Shown: positions 8,713 through 18,906, numbered from the stretch's first letter. The stretch: 64,000 bases of DNA from a candidate division WOR-3 bacterium (GCA_013177935.1 JABLXZ010000001.1:35794-99793), one strand, 5' to 3'. The notes: a model not told the origin generated them from the sequence alone. Translations and numbers: made by a program.

Positions 8713-10371
8713 ATGGCGCAGGATGATTTGGAAAAGATAAGAGAAGAAAAGGAGCGCTGGGAGAGTTGTGTTGATAAAGGTGACCCGAACCGGTTTTTGA
8801 CCGTATCGGGTTTGCCCGTTGATATCATTTATACACCGGCGGATATAAAGGAGCTGAATTATTTAGAGGACCTCGGTTTTCCAGGCGAATATCCGTTCAC
8901 GCGCGGTATCAGGCGGAATATGTACCGGGGCCGGTTATGGACGATGCGGCAGTTTTCCGGGTTTGGAACCGCGCGTCAGACCAATGCCCGATACAAGTTT
9001 CTTCTGGCACACGGTGAAACCGGGCTTTCGGTCGCGTTTGACTTTCCGACACTCTATGGCCGGGATTCTGATGACCCGATGGCACATGGCGAGGTGGGAA
9101 AATGCGGAGTTGCCATTTCTTCGCTCGAAGATATGGAGACGCTGTTTGACGGTATTCCGCTGGGTGAGGTTTCGACTTCGATGACGATTAACGGTCCGGC
9201 AGCGGTACTCTGGGCGTTTTATATCGTTGCAGCAGAAAAACAGGGGGTGCCGAGCGAGAAGCTGCGCGGGACAATTCAGAATGACATACTCAAGGAGTAC
9301 ATTGCCCAGAAATCCTGGCTTTTCCCGCCCGAGCCCAGTCTGCGCATCATCACCGATATCATGGCATTTGGCGCGGAGCGGGTACCGAAATGGAACACGA
9401 TTTCAATCTCCGGTTATCACATTCGGGAGGCGGGTTCCACCGCGGTGCAGGAACTGGCGTTTACCCTGAAAGACGGGATGACCTATGTGGAGGCGGGTAT
9501 CAAAGCCGGACTGGATGTTGATTCGTTTGCACCCCGGCTTTCCTTCTTCTTTAACTCCCATCTTGACTTCTTTGAGGAGATTGCGAAATTCCGTGCGGCG
9601 CGGCGCATCTGGGCAAGGGAGATGCGCGAGACCTTCAAAGCGAAAAAACCCGAATCGTGGCTTTTACGGTTCCACACCCAGACCGCCGGTTGCACCCTGA
9701 CGGCGCAGCAACCGGAGAACAACATTGTGCGCACCGCGTTTCAGGCGCTGGCAGCGGTGCTGGGCGGGACGCAGAGTTTGCATACCAATTCGATGGATGA
9801 AACCTGGGCGCTGCCAACCGAAAAGGCGGTTTTGATTGCCCTCCGGACCCAGCAGATTATTGCCGAGGAGACCGGGGTTGTGAATGTGATTGACCCGCTG
9901 GGTGGTTCTTACTATGTTGAGCACCTGACCAATGAAATGGAACGTCAGGCTTACGAGTATTTTGAGAAGATTGATGCGTTAGGTGGTATGGTTAAGGCGA
10001 TTGAGCACGGTTTTCCCCAGCGTGAGATTGCCGAAGCCGCTTACCGCTACCAGAAGGCGGTTGACGAAAAAATCAGAACGGTGGTTGGGGTCAACAAGTA
10101 TGTGCTGGAAGGAGAAAAACTGGAAATCCCAATTCTCAAGATTGAACCTGAGGTGGAAAAGGAGCAGTGCGAACGGTTAGCCCGGTTACGCCAGCGCCGG
10201 GATAACGCCCGGGTACAGAGGGCACTTAAGGACTTAAAGGACGCCTGCGCCGGTAAGGACAATGTGATGTACCCGATTCTGGAGGCGGTGCGGGCTTATG
10301 CAACATTAGGAGAAATCTGTGGAGCGATGAAGGAAATATTTGGTACTTATAAGGAACCGCCGATGTTTTAG
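8713..10371 (+). CDS. icmA: B12-dependent acyl-CoA mutase large (catalytic) subunit, methylmalonyl-CoA mutase family; active-site residues match isobutyryl-CoA mutase
   Basis: 552 aa. [22 protein letters not shown] and [17 protein letters not shown] motifs. Phe81 and Gln199 occupy the positions of Tyr89/Arg207 of P. shermanii MutB, with identical 118-residue spacing. Confidence 0.85.
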   Translation: MAQDDLEKIREEKERWESCVDKGDPNRFLTVSGLPVDIIYTPADIKELNYLEDLGFPGEYPFTRGIRRNMYRGRLWTMRQFSGFGTARQTNARYKFLLAHGETGLSVAFDFPTLYGRDSDDPMAHGEVGKCGVAISSLEDMETLFDGIPLGEVSTSMTINGPAAVLWAFYIVAAEKQGVPSEKLRGTIQNDILKEYIAQKSWLFPPEPSLRIITDIMAFGAERVPKWNTISISGYHIREAGSTAVQELAFTLKDGMTYVEAGIKAGLDVDSFAPRLSFFFNSHLDFFEEIAKFRAARRIWAREMRETFKAKKPESWLLRFHTQTAGCTLTAQQPENNIVRTAFQALAAVLGGTQSLHTNSMDETWALPTEKAVLIALRTQQIIAEETGVVNVIDPLGGSYYVEHLTNEMERQAYEYFEKIDALGGMVKAIEHGFPQREIAEAAYRYQKAVDEKIRTVVGVNKYVLEGEKLEIPILKIEPEVEKEQCERLARLRQRRDNARVQRALKDLKDACAGKDNVMYPILEAVRAYATLGEICGAMKEIFGTYKEPPMF

Positions 10372-10379
10372 GAGGTGAA

Positions 10380-10781
10380 ATGGCAAAAAAACTGAGAATT
10401 CTTATTGCAAAACCCGGACTGGATGGTCATGACCGGGGTGCAAAGGTGGTGGCACGGGCACTCCGGGACGCCGGTTTTGAGGTCATATACACCGGTTTAC
10501 ACCAGACACCGGAAATGATTGCCGAAGCGGCGATTCAAGAGGATGTTGATGCGGTGGGGCTTTCGATTCTTTCCGGCGCCCATATGACGCTTTTTCCAGA
10601 GGTGATGCGGTTGTTAAAAGAGAAGGGTGGTGAGGACATACTGGTATTCGGCGGCGGGATAATACCGCAGGAGGATATGGAACAACTTTACCGGATGGGT
10701 TGTGGTAGGCTTTTTGGTCCGGGTACACCAACCCAGGAGATTGTTGATTACTTAAAAGAGAAATTTCCCGACCGGGTTTAG
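10380..10781 (+). CDS. icmB: Acyl-CoA mutase small subunit (B12-binding domain)
   Basis: 133 aa. [19 protein letters not shown] contains the DxHxxG cobalamin-binding motif, followed by SILSGAH and GGGIIP. Confidence 0.9.
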   Translation: MAKKLRILIAKPGLDGHDRGAKVVARALRDAGFEVIYTGLHQTPEMIAEAAIQEDVDAVGLSILSGAHMTLFPEVMRLLKEKGGEDILVFGGGIIPQEDMEQLYRMGCGRLFGPGTPTQEIVDYLKEKFPDRV

Positions 10782-10869
10782 AAGGGGAACCGTACAAATT
10801 AAAGGGCTGGAAGCGGAAAAGCGCGCGGGACCGGAGAGACCCAAACCGGTTGTGCGCAGTTCAATTTTA

Positions 10870-10897
10870 TTGACAGTCCGACGCCGGTAGTTAGTCT
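10870..10897 (+). promoter_or_regulatory. Promoter-like motif 7 nt upstream of ATG 10905
   Basis: TTGACA (10870-10875), 16 nt, TAGTCT (10892-10897). The weak -10 lowers confidence. Confidence 0.35.
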
Positions 10898-10904
10898 TGA
10901 TGGT

Positions 10905-11534
10905 ATGAGGATACTAACACTGGTCATTACCGGGCTGGTTTTGTTTGTTGGCTGTCGCCGGCAGCGTTTAGATTTCTTTCCGCTGGTGCCGGGTGCGGTG
11001 CGCATTATGAAGGTTTATGAACATAAGGTTGTGGGCAAGGATACGACAATGAATAATGAGGTGCGGGTTACCGAGGTTGTGCGGGGAATCAAGGATGTGC
11101 CCCAATTGGGTAAAGTTTGGGTGGTGGAAGCGCCGCTTGATTCCGGCAAGAAAACGGTCTATTTTTATGACCGCCAGGGCGATACGATATTCAAAATTGT
11201 GCCGGGTCGCGGTGGAAAACCGGAGCGGATTTTATACCTGCGGCAGCCTTTAAAGGTGGGCGACCGCTGGTATGATAGTGAAGCCGAAAGGGAGTTGACT
11301 GAGGTCGTGGCGCTTGACTCCGTAGATGTTCCAGCCGGCAGGTTTCAGAACTGTTATAAACTGGAGACGAAAAGCAATAAGGTGGATTTTCGACAAACGC
11401 TCTGGCTTTTACCCGGATTGGGCACGGTGAAGCGGGAGAAGGTTCAGCGCTGGCGTCGGGGCGATACAATGTATGAGTTGTTTCAGCGTGAGGAGCTGGT
11501 TGAATACCAGATTTTGAAAAAGAACCGGCAGTGA
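10905..11534 (+). CDS. Hypothetical lipoprotein
   Basis: 209 aa. MRILTLVITGLVLFVGC is a lipobox-like signal. No other motifs recognised. Confidence 0.6.
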   Translation: MRILTLVITGLVLFVGCRRQRLDFFPLVPGAVRIMKVYEHKVVGKDTTMNNEVRVTEVVRGIKDVPQLGKVWVVEAPLDSGKKTVYFYDRQGDTIFKIVPGRGGKPERILYLRQPLKVGDRWYDSEAERELTEVVALDSVDVPAGRFQNCYKLETKSNKVDFRQTLWLLPGLGTVKREKVQRWRRGDTMYELFQREELVEYQILKKNRQ

Positions 11535-13174
11535 AGTGGTGCCCAAGGGAGTGGTGGTATTTAGTTGCTCCGGCGCTGCTGGCGGTGCTGGTGTACTTAC
11601 CAACAGTCCGATATCAATTTGTCTGGGATGATGTCAACTTAGTAGTCTATAGCAAAAGCGGTCTCTTTACATCGTTCGGTCAAAGTTTCTGGCACGACAG
11701 CAAAACCCATCTGGGCGAAGACCCTTATTACCGACCCTGGGTTAATTTCACCCTTAAATTAGAACGGCAACTTTTTGGTCTTAAGCCGGGATGGTTTCAT
11801 TTGAGTAATGTGTTGCTTCACGGTGCTGTTACTTTTCTGGTTGCGTTGCTCTTTTTCTGGCTGGTGAAGTCAAGTTTGCTTGCCGGCGTTGCCGGTTTTT
11901 TCTTCGGTCTTCATCCGCTATTTGTTGATAGCGTCGCCTATATCAGTGGCCGAACCGATTTGTGGGCGAGTTTCGGGGTGGTTATTGCTGCGCTTGCCGG
12001 ATATCGTTATTTAGAAAAAGTTGACGGGAAAGCGCTGTTGCTGGCAGCGGTTGGTTTTGCAATTGCGGTGTTTTCAAAAGAGAATGCGGTTTTGTTTATC
12101 GCGGTTGCCGGATTGGGAGTTGTGACTCACTCAGTTCGGAAAAGGGCACGGTGGTGGTTGTTGATAACGCTGGCAGGGGTACTGGTGATTTATTTTGGGG
12201 CAAGGTTTTTTGTTCTGAAAAGTTTTTTAGGGGTGCGTGCTCCGGCGAATTTGAGTTCAATAGGTTTGTTCACCCTGAACAGTTTTGGTCGTCAGTTGAC
12301 CTTTTTCCTATTTCCATTTCGCACGCCGCTGTTTTGGGGACAGTTTACGCCAGGCAACCGGCTCGTTGTGACCGGTATTTTGGGGCTGGGCTGGTTATTG
12401 GTGCCGCTCGTGGTAAGAAAAATAAAATTTTCCCGTTTGTTGTTTTTAGCATGGCTATGGGTGACCGTAACACTTCTGCCATTCGCCTGGAGCATTCAAT
12501 TTGGGCCCACCGGAAGGCTGCTCTATCTACCGGGAATCGGAATGGCATTGTTTCTAACAATTGTGCTGGAAAATTTTCGGGAAACAAAACCGAAACTGGG
12601 GCGAATTTTAACCGGGCTGGTGTTACTGTGGTGCGTTGCCGGATTGCCGGTGCTGTTCAAACGGTTGAGTTATTGGCGGGACGAATTTCCGTTGTTTTTT
12701 AGGATGGTTGAAGAGATGCCAGGGTATGCGCCCGGATATTACAATCTCGGGACCGCAATGCTTGCTAAAGGCGACACAAGCAGCGCAATTTCCTTTTTCA
12801 GTCGGGCGGTGGTACTTGATTCTGAAGCGGTGGGTGCGGCGCTAAATCTCGGGGCATTATTGCAAAAAGGGGGTCGATTTAATGAGGCGGAGGAGTTGTA
12901 CCGGCAAATTATCCGGCGCAGACCGGATTACGCTCCCGCTTATGTGAACCTCGGGCTACTACTTTACCGGGAAGGAAAAATCAGGCAGGCGATTGGCATG
13001 CTAAAAGATGCCTGTGCGCTGGCACCTGATGATGGGGTGGCATTTTACAACCTATCACAGCTTTACTGGATTAACAAACAGGCCGATTCCGCGCTTTGGG
13101 CAATTGAATCTGCCTGCCAATTAATGCCGGAGAACCAGCGATTTCGGGAATTCTGGCGGAAAATAAGCCGATGA
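11531..13174 (+). CDS. Polytopic membrane protein with C-terminal TPR repeats (TMTC/PMT-like putative glycosyltransferase)
   Basis: 547 aa. About 10 TM helices (WDDVNLV.. near the N-terminus) followed by 4-5 TPR units (YYNLGTAMLAKGD, ALNLGALLQKGGRFNEAEELY, YVNLGLLLYREGK, FYNLSQLY). Confidence 0.65.
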   Translation: MKWCPREWWYLVAPALLAVLVYLPTVRYQFVWDDVNLVVYSKSGLFTSFGQSFWHDSKTHLGEDPYYRPWVNFTLKLERQLFGLKPGWFHLSNVLLHGAVTFLVALLFFWLVKSSLLAGVAGFFFGLHPLFVDSVAYISGRTDLWASFGVVIAALAGYRYLEKVDGKALLLAAVGFAIAVFSKENAVLFIAVAGLGVVTHSVRKRARWWLLITLAGVLVIYFGARFFVLKSFLGVRAPANLSSIGLFTLNSFGRQLTFFLFPFRTPLFWGQFTPGNRLVVTGILGLGWLLVPLVVRKIKFSRLLFLAWLWVTVTLLPFAWSIQFGPTGRLLYLPGIGMALFLTIVLENFRETKPKLGRILTGLVLLWCVAGLPVLFKRLSYWRDEFPLFFRMVEEMPGYAPGYYNLGTAMLAKGDTSSAISFFSRAVVLDSEAVGAALNLGALLQKGGRFNEAEELYRQIIRRRPDYAPAYVNLGLLLYREGKIRQAIGMLKDACALAPDDGVAFYNLSQLYWINKQADSALWAIESACQLMPENQRFREFWRKISR

Positions 13175-13181
13175 TGTTTTC

Positions 13182-13209
13182 TTGACTTTGCCGGTATCGG
13201 GAATAGAAT
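13182..13209 (+). promoter_or_regulatory. Sigma70-like promoter
   Basis: TTGACT (13182-13187), 16 nt, TAGAAT (13204-13209), upstream of ATG 13258. Confidence 0.55.
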
Positions 13210-13257
13210 TTACTAAATTATAATGGTAGTGGTTTTCTTGAAGGGAATGGAAGAAAA

Positions 13258-14331
13258 ATGATTTCCAGCCGGAAAGCAAAAGCGATTGGACTTTTCTCCG
13301 GTAGCCTTGACTCAATCCTGGCAACAAAATTGATTACCGAGCAGGGGGTTAATGTTGTTGCCCTTCATTTTCAGGTGCCGTTTGCCGTGCCCGGTCGATT
13401 TCCAAATGCAGAGCAGTTACAATCACTGGCAGATTTGCTCGGGGTAAGTTTGGTTTCAGTTGAGGTCGGAGCAGATTATCTTGATATTGTACGCGCTCCC
13501 CAGTTTGGTTATACCCGAAATCTGGCGCCCTGTGTTGACTGCCGGGCTTATATGTTAAAAAAGGCAAAAGAGTTGATGGAGGAGATTAAAGCCGATTTTG
13601 TTTTTACCGGTGAGGTTCTGGGACAACAGCCCTTTTCGCAAAATAAAAGGTCGCTGAAGATTCTGGAGAAAACTACCGGGTTAAACGGGAGAGTTTTGCG
13701 TCCGCTTTCGGCAAAGATTCTTGACCCAACAATTCCGGAGTTGACCGGACTGGTGCGGCGCGAACGTTTTTTCGATTTTCACGGACAAAAAAGGCGAAGG
13801 CAGATAAGGCTGGCACGGGCGTTCGGCATTGTTGATTACCCGATTCCCGGGGGCGGCTGCCTTTTGACCGACAGTAATTTTGCCGCGCGCTGTCGGGATG
13901 CGATTGAACATAACGAGTTGACCTTACCGGAAGTCAAGTTGCTGCGTTACGGTCGACATTTCCGGTTGCCGAGCGGAGCGAAGGTGATTGTCGGGCGCAA
14001 TGAAAAAGAAAATGGTGTTTTAGAGCAGCTGGCATTGGAACAGGAGATGGTCGTTTGTAAAATGGTAGATGTGATGGGTCCAGTTGCTTTGTATCGGGCG
14101 AAGAAGAAAACTAAAAAGGATGCCGAAATAGTGGCACGAATTTGTGCTCGTTATTCAGACGCCACCAATGGGCAGACCGTAAAGATAAAATTCGGGGACC
14201 GGGAACTTGGCGTCAAGGCATTAAAGGATGAAGAACTGGGGGAGTGGCGAATTGTCTGGGACCATGACAGGGCACCGGTAGAAGAACCGCTGGTAAAAAG
14301 GAGTATAAATGAATCAAGAGACAAAGGATAA
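13258..14331 (+). CDS. PP-loop superfamily ATPase (ThiI/MnmA-like tRNA sulfurtransferase family)
   Basis: 357 aa. GLFSGSLDS is an SGGxDS-type PP-loop, with PCVDCRAYM and PGGGCLLTD Cys motifs. Overlaps the nifU-like gene by 23 nt. Confidence 0.6.
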   Translation: MISSRKAKAIGLFSGSLDSILATKLITEQGVNVVALHFQVPFAVPGRFPNAEQLQSLADLLGVSLVSVEVGADYLDIVRAPQFGYTRNLAPCVDCRAYMLKKAKELMEEIKADFVFTGEVLGQQPFSQNKRSLKILEKTTGLNGRVLRPLSAKILDPTIPELTGLVRRERFFDFHGQKRRRQIRLARAFGIVDYPIPGGGCLLTDSNFAARCRDAIEHNELTLPEVKLLRYGRHFRLPSGAKVIVGRNEKENGVLEQLALEQEMVVCKMVDVMGPVALYRAKKKTKKDAEIVARICARYSDATNGQTVKIKFGDRELGVKALKDEELGEWRIVWDHDRAPVEEPLVKRSINESRDKG

Positions 14332-14548
14332 AATTAAGAAAGTGATTGAGGAAAAGGTGCGACCCAACCTCAGAATGGACGGCGGCGATATTGAGTTGGT
14401 CGAGGTTACAGAAGATGGGGTGGTAAAAGTTCGTCTCAAGGGCGCCTGTGCGCACTGTCCTTTTTCCAGTATGACGGTTGCGGGGAGTGTTGAACAGACA
14501 ATTAAGGAGATTGTTCCCGAGGTTGTGCGAATCGAGCCGGTGATTTAA
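14309..14548 (+). CDS. NifU/Nfu C-terminal-domain Fe-S cluster carrier
   Basis: 79 aa. VRPNLRMDGGDIELVEV...VRLKGACAHCPFSSMT is the Nfu CxxC signature. Confidence 0.85.
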   Translation: MNQETKDKIKKVIEEKVRPNLRMDGGDIELVEVTEDGVVKVRLKGACAHCPFSSMTVAGSVEQTIKEIVPEVVRIEPVI

Positions 14549-14570
14549 GCCCGCGGCAAGGGGTAATTTT

Positions 14571-15806
14571 TTAGGGGTAAGGTAACCCTTCAAGAAAATT
14601 CTGCCGGTAGGCAAGGCTGTAAGGGATGAGATAAGCGGCGGTAGAGTAAAAGCCAACACGCCGGGGCCGACGGATAAATCGGTCAATCAGGGCGCTGAGG
14701 GCGTAGAATCGGTTTTTTACCCAGGCCGGGTCTTCTGGTTTAAGCAGCGGATGATAGGTTAAGGGAACGAGATGTTTTTTTCCATCGGGACCGTCGGTTG
14801 TAAATCTCACTTCGACAAAATCGAGGTCAATTCGCGAGAGTAAGGTGGCGATTGCGTTGAACTTCTTTTCATCGATTGTTAGAGTAAGTCTGACACCAAC
14901 GAGTATCCGTCGGGACTGCAGGAATTTTACACGATGATAAAGCTGTTTCGTCAATTTTGGGGAAACAAGGGCGGCTTTAAGACGGGCGGTAAGGAAGGTG
15001 TCATTTAAATATATTATTTTCGTCCCGGCTTTCGCGAGCAGGCGGATAAAATCGGGATACCGGAACAGGGTGTCACCGGCATTAACCGACCAATGGCGGC
15101 GATAGTTCCAGAGGATTTTAAACAGGTCATAGTAGTATTCAGGGAAACGGGTGATGTCTTCGTCCAGAAGGTGGATTTGTTTCCCGGGTAGTGATAGGAT
15201 TTCACCAATAACTTCATCTTTACGGCGCAATCGGGTGTTTTCCCGGTAATAGAGGTATTCAGGACAAAGGTGACGGAGCGATTCGGGACAGGCACAGCCC
15301 CGTACAAATTGGGCTGTCTGGTAGAGGGTGTTCATAACCGGCCTTTTGCCTAAGCCATATTTCGGGACGACATAATTGGGCTGAAAAGGGGCTTGATATA
15401 ATGGTTTTAGCTGGTGGTGTAGTGCATCAGTTCGAATTTCAGCGAATACCGAGGTGATATCGCCTATTACCCGGTTGGTTACCCAAGGAGGAGGATTTGT
15501 GCCCCAGGCGGTTACGGCGGGACCGAAAAGTATTACCGGCTGTTTGACACGGGCGAACTCTTCTACCATCCAGCGGGCAGTTTCTTCCTGCCCGAAGTTG
15601 CACCGGGCGAGAACAAGGTCAAAGTCAGGAGAGGCTTCAATTTTCTCTACCCGTTCATCAAGGTAGATAAACTGGTCTGAGACACACAGCGAGGCAAGAC
15701 GGCTGATTTCTATGTCCGGGCGGAGGAATAACCAGGCACCCTTAGGTGGATAACCCGGGACAAATCGTTGCGCTTCATCAGCCAGCGCAACTGCAAGGAT
15801 TTTCAC
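14571..15806 (-). CDS. B12-binding-domain/radical-SAM-like protein with non-canonical Cys motif
   Basis: 411 aa. The N-terminal Rossmann-like region and overall layout resemble class B radical SAM (DUF4070-type) enzymes. The expected RGCxxxCxFC site reads RGC171-A-C173-PESLRHL-C181. 4-nt overlap with rseP. Confidence 0.5.
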   Translation of the reverse strand: MKILAVALADEAQRFVPGYPPKGAWLFLRPDIEISRLASLCVSDQFIYLDERVEKIEASPDFDLVLARCNFGQEETARWMVEEFARVKQPVILFGPAVTAWGTNPPPWVTNRVIGDITSVFAEIRTDALHHQLKPLYQAPFQPNYVVPKYGLGKRPVMNTLYQTAQFVRGCACPESLRHLCPEYLYYRENTRLRRKDEVIGEILSLPGKQIHLLDEDITRFPEYYYDLFKILWNYRRHWSVNAGDTLFRYPDFIRLLAKAGTKIIYLNDTFLTARLKAALVSPKLTKQLYHRVKFLQSRRILVGVRLTLTIDEKKFNAIATLLSRIDLDFVEVRFTTDGPDGKKHLVPLTYHPLLKPEDPAWVKNRFYALSALIDRFIRRPRRVGFYSTAAYLIPYSLAYRQNFLEGLPYP

Positions 15807-17062
15807 TTTTTGATAATCCTCAGCAGGTCGTTAAAAATTGTGAATGCGATGAGGAGTCCGATGAGGAGCCAGCCGATATTTGATGCCCAGGTGAGTTCTC
15901 TGTCCGACAGACGGCGACGCCGAATGCCGCCGATGAGGTCAAGTACAATTCGACCGCCATCGAGCACCGGAATCGGTAGCATATTTACAACAAACAGGTT
16001 GATGGAAAGTAATGCCCAAAGGGCAAGAAAGTATTCTGAACCCCACGAGGCCCCTTCATAGGCGATTTTGGCAACCATAATCGGTCCGCCGATGGCACGG
16101 GTTGAAATTTTGCGGGTGATAACTTTATAGATTATCACAAAGGTCTGTACGGTGATGTAACCGGTGCGGCGCAATGCCTCCCAGACGGCACGGGGAACAG
16201 AAAGGGAAATGCGTGGTAACATTACCCAGACACCGATCTGGCCAAACTTTTCTTCAGACATCTGGTCTTTTTCAATCGCGGGCGTAATCGTATCAGAAAA
16301 AATCTTGTCACCGCGCTGAAAGATTATCGAGATGGGCTTGCCGCCGTTGTTACGAACAATTTCGACAAAGTCGTTCCAGCGCTGGACATTTACACCGGCA
16401 ACGGAGATTATTCGGTCACCGGGCTTCAACCCAATCTTCGCCGCCGGACTTCCAGACCGTACACGGTCGATTATTGGTGGCATAAACGGTTCGATATCAA
16501 GAGTTTCTGGAACCGGATAGGTGAATACCAATTGCTCGTTTTTCCGTCGTACCGTTAACGGTATTTCTTTGCCGGCGTTTGCCTGCAGGGTTTGTTCCAG
16601 TGCCTCAAAATTGGGAATCGTTTCGCCCGCGACCCTGACTATAGTATCACCGGGGAGTAGTCCAATCGCTTCAGCCCGAGAACCGGGAGTTGGGTCAATT
16701 ACTGGAGGCAGATACTTAACGCCAAAGATTAAGTACAACGCAACCATCATTACAAAGCCTAAAATGAGATTAAAAAGTGGACCAGCGGCAATGACCGCAA
16801 TGCGGATGCCGAGCGGTTTCTGGCTGAAACCGCCCTCCTCGGGGTTTTCTTCTCCAATCATTTTGATGTAACCGCCCAGGGGAATAAGAGAGAGGCGGTA
16901 TTCGGTTTCACCAAGTTTCTTTTTGAAAATAACCGGTCCGAACCCGACTGAGAATGACTCAACCGGGATGTGGGCAAGTTTGGCGACAATCAGATGGCCG
17001 AACTCGTGGAAGGTGATGAGGACACCAATAAATATGATGACCAGAATAATGGATGTTGCCAT
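15803..17062 (-). CDS. rseP: RIP metalloprotease RseP (site-2 protease)
   Basis: 419 aa. HEFGHLIVAKL (HExxH), PDZ-like regions (GLLPGDTIV, GLKPGDRII), NMLPIPVLDGG. Confidence 0.92.
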   Translation of the reverse strand: MATSIILVIIFIGVLITFHEFGHLIVAKLAHIPVESFSVGFGPVIFKKKLGETEYRLSLIPLGGYIKMIGEENPEEGGFSQKPLGIRIAVIAAGPLFNLILGFVMMVALYLIFGVKYLPPVIDPTPGSRAEAIGLLPGDTIVRVAGETIPNFEALEQTLQANAGKEIPLTVRRKNEQLVFTYPVPETLDIEPFMPPIIDRVRSGSPAAKIGLKPGDRIISVAGVNVQRWNDFVEIVRNNGGKPISIIFQRGDKIFSDTITPAIEKDQMSEEKFGQIGVWVMLPRISLSVPRAVWEALRRTGYITVQTFVIIYKVITRKISTRAIGGPIMVAKIAYEGASWGSEYFLALWALLSINLFVVNMLPIPVLDGGRIVLDLIGGIRRRRLSDRELTWASNIGWLLIGLLIAFTIFNDLLRIIKK

Positions 17063-17065
17063 TTA

Positions 17066-18232
17066 TTATCTGCTGCTCCTTTCGATTAGCGCCTGGCTGT
17101 AGTCAATAGCCCATTTTTCCGCTCGCCGTAGGGCAGCAAGCGTTAGACGGGTGTTTTGCTTTAATCGCATAAACTTTTTTAGAGTTTTCTTTATTATACC
17201 GGGAATTGAACCAAAGGCAATTTTATTAGCGAGAAAGGCATTGACCGCAATTTCGTTGGCGGCGTTGAGGACACAGGTTGCAGTCGGTCCGGCTGCCAGT
17301 GCCTCATAGGCAAGTTTAAGGCAGGGGAAACGACGAAAATCGGTGGGGAAGAAGTGGAGGCGCTGGATTTCTTCAAGTTGCAAGGGCTGGACCAGGGAAG
17401 GCAGCCGGTCTGGATAGGTGAGACAGTACTGAATCGGGAGTCGCATATCAGGATGGGAGAGCTGGGCAAGGAGCGAGCCGTCTTTAAATTCAACCAGTGA
17501 ATGGACAATTGATTCAGGATGGACAAGAGTGGTTACCTGCTCCGGTTTGATACCGAAAAGGCGAACGGTTTCAATCACCTCTAATCCTTTGTTCATCAAG
17601 GTTGCGGAGTCAACAGTGATTTTTTTGCCCATCTTCCAAACGGGATGGCGCAGGACCGTTTCCAGCCGGGCATCACGGGGCGGGCCCTTTTGCCAGAAAG
17701 GTCCGCCTGAGGCGGTGAGGATAAGTCTGCGAACCGTTCCTACATCACGACCATTAAGGCATTGATGTAATGCCGCGAGTTCGGAGTCAATGGGTAGGAT
17801 TTGAGCGTGGTATTTTCGTGCAATAGATGTGACCAGGTTGCCGTAACTGACAAGGATTTCTTTTGTTGCCAGGGCAACGGTTTTGCCCGCTTTCAGGGCG
17901 GTAATGACGGCATCGATTCCCGCCGTACCACTCATCGCCATCACGATGGTATCAACTTCATCCGAGCGGGCGATATGTGAAAGGGCATCGACGCCCGCCT
18001 GAATTTTACAACTTTTGCCTAATTTTAGCTGTGCCTGTTCTTTCGCTGCTGGGTCGGTGAGGACAACATATCGGGGCCGATAACGCTGGACCTGGTGGCA
18101 AATCTCCGGCACGGTCTGGTGGGCGGCGATGGCGACCAGTTGCAATTTATCAGGAAGATGCTCGATTACTTGCAGGGTGGCTTGGCCAATTGAACCGGTT
18201 GAACCAAACACAGCAACCCTTTTGGATTTCAT
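17066..18232 (-). CDS. dxr: 1-deoxy-D-xylulose 5-phosphate reductoisomerase
   Basis: VAVFGSTGSIGQATLQVI, LTASGGPF and NKGLEVIE motifs. ATG 18232 forms an ATGA overlap with the ispD stop; the ORF-track start at 18247 lies inside ispD. Confidence 0.92.
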   Translation of the reverse strand: MKSKRVAVFGSTGSIGQATLQVIEHLPDKLQLVAIAAHQTVPEICHQVQRYRPRYVVLTDPAAKEQAQLKLGKSCKIQAGVDALSHIARSDEVDTIVMAMSGTAGIDAVITALKAGKTVALATKEILVSYGNLVTSIARKYHAQILPIDSELAALHQCLNGRDVGTVRRLILTASGGPFWQKGPPRDARLETVLRHPVWKMGKKITVDSATLMNKGLEVIETVRLFGIKPEQVTTLVHPESIVHSLVEFKDGSLLAQLSHPDMRLPIQYCLTYPDRLPSLVQPLQLEEIQRLHFFPTDFRRFPCLKLAYEALAAGPTATCVLNAANEIAVNAFLANKIAFGSIPGIIKKTLKKFMRLKQNTRLTLAALRRAEKWAIDYSQALIERSSR

Positions 18233-18906
18233 AGCAGTGCCTGGCACAAGAACAGGTCTTCTTTCGTTGTGACCTTGATGTTCAAGGGCGAGCCAGGAAG
18301 CAGTCGGGGAGCGATGTTGAGATGTTCAACCAGCGCACAGTCATCGGTCGCAGTTAGATTTTTCGCCCGAGCATTAGCATAGGCACGGCGGATGATGTCC
18401 AGACGGAAAAACTGGGGTGTTTGAATCGCCACCAGCCCAGAACGGTCAATGGTCTGAATGATTTGATTGCTCGGGTTAACTTTCTTGATGGTGTCGTTTA
18501 TCGGTACGCCAAAGGCGACCGCCGGGTAGCGGCGGCAAGTCTGAAACCCCTGGATTAGCATTTCGGACTTGAGTAACGGGCGGGCACCATCATGAATCGC
18601 GACATAACCTTTTTCGGGCAGGTTTAACAGACCATGTTCAACTGAATCCATTCGTTCTTTGCCACCGGCGACGACCCCAAGCAGTTTTTTGAACCGATAA
18701 CGCTGCAGCAGGGTTTTTACCATCCCGAGTTTTGATTCGTTTGTTACAACAACATAACCGCTTACCGATGAGCAGAGTTCAAAAGGGCGGATACTGTAAA
18801 AAATCAGCGGTTTGTTTTTAATAAGAGCAAACTGCTTCAATCCACCGAATCGTTTTCCCTGACCGGCGGCAACGATGATACCCCAATTAGGTTGGTTGTT
18901 CGCCAT
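18229..18906 (-). CDS. ispD: 2-C-methyl-D-erythritol 4-phosphate cytidylyltransferase
   Basis: 225 aa. IIVAAGQGKRFGG, HDGARPL and QTPQFF motifs. Confidence 0.9.
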   Translation of the reverse strand: MANNQPNWGIIVAAGQGKRFGGLKQFALIKNKPLIFYSIRPFELCSSVSGYVVVTNESKLGMVKTLLQRYRFKKLLGVVAGGKERMDSVEHGLLNLPEKGYVAIHDGARPLLKSEMLIQGFQTCRRYPAVAFGVPINDTIKKVNPSNQIIQTIDRSGLVAIQTPQFFRLDIIRRAYANARAKNLTATDDCALVEHLNIAPRLLPGSPLNIKVTTKEDLFLCQALL

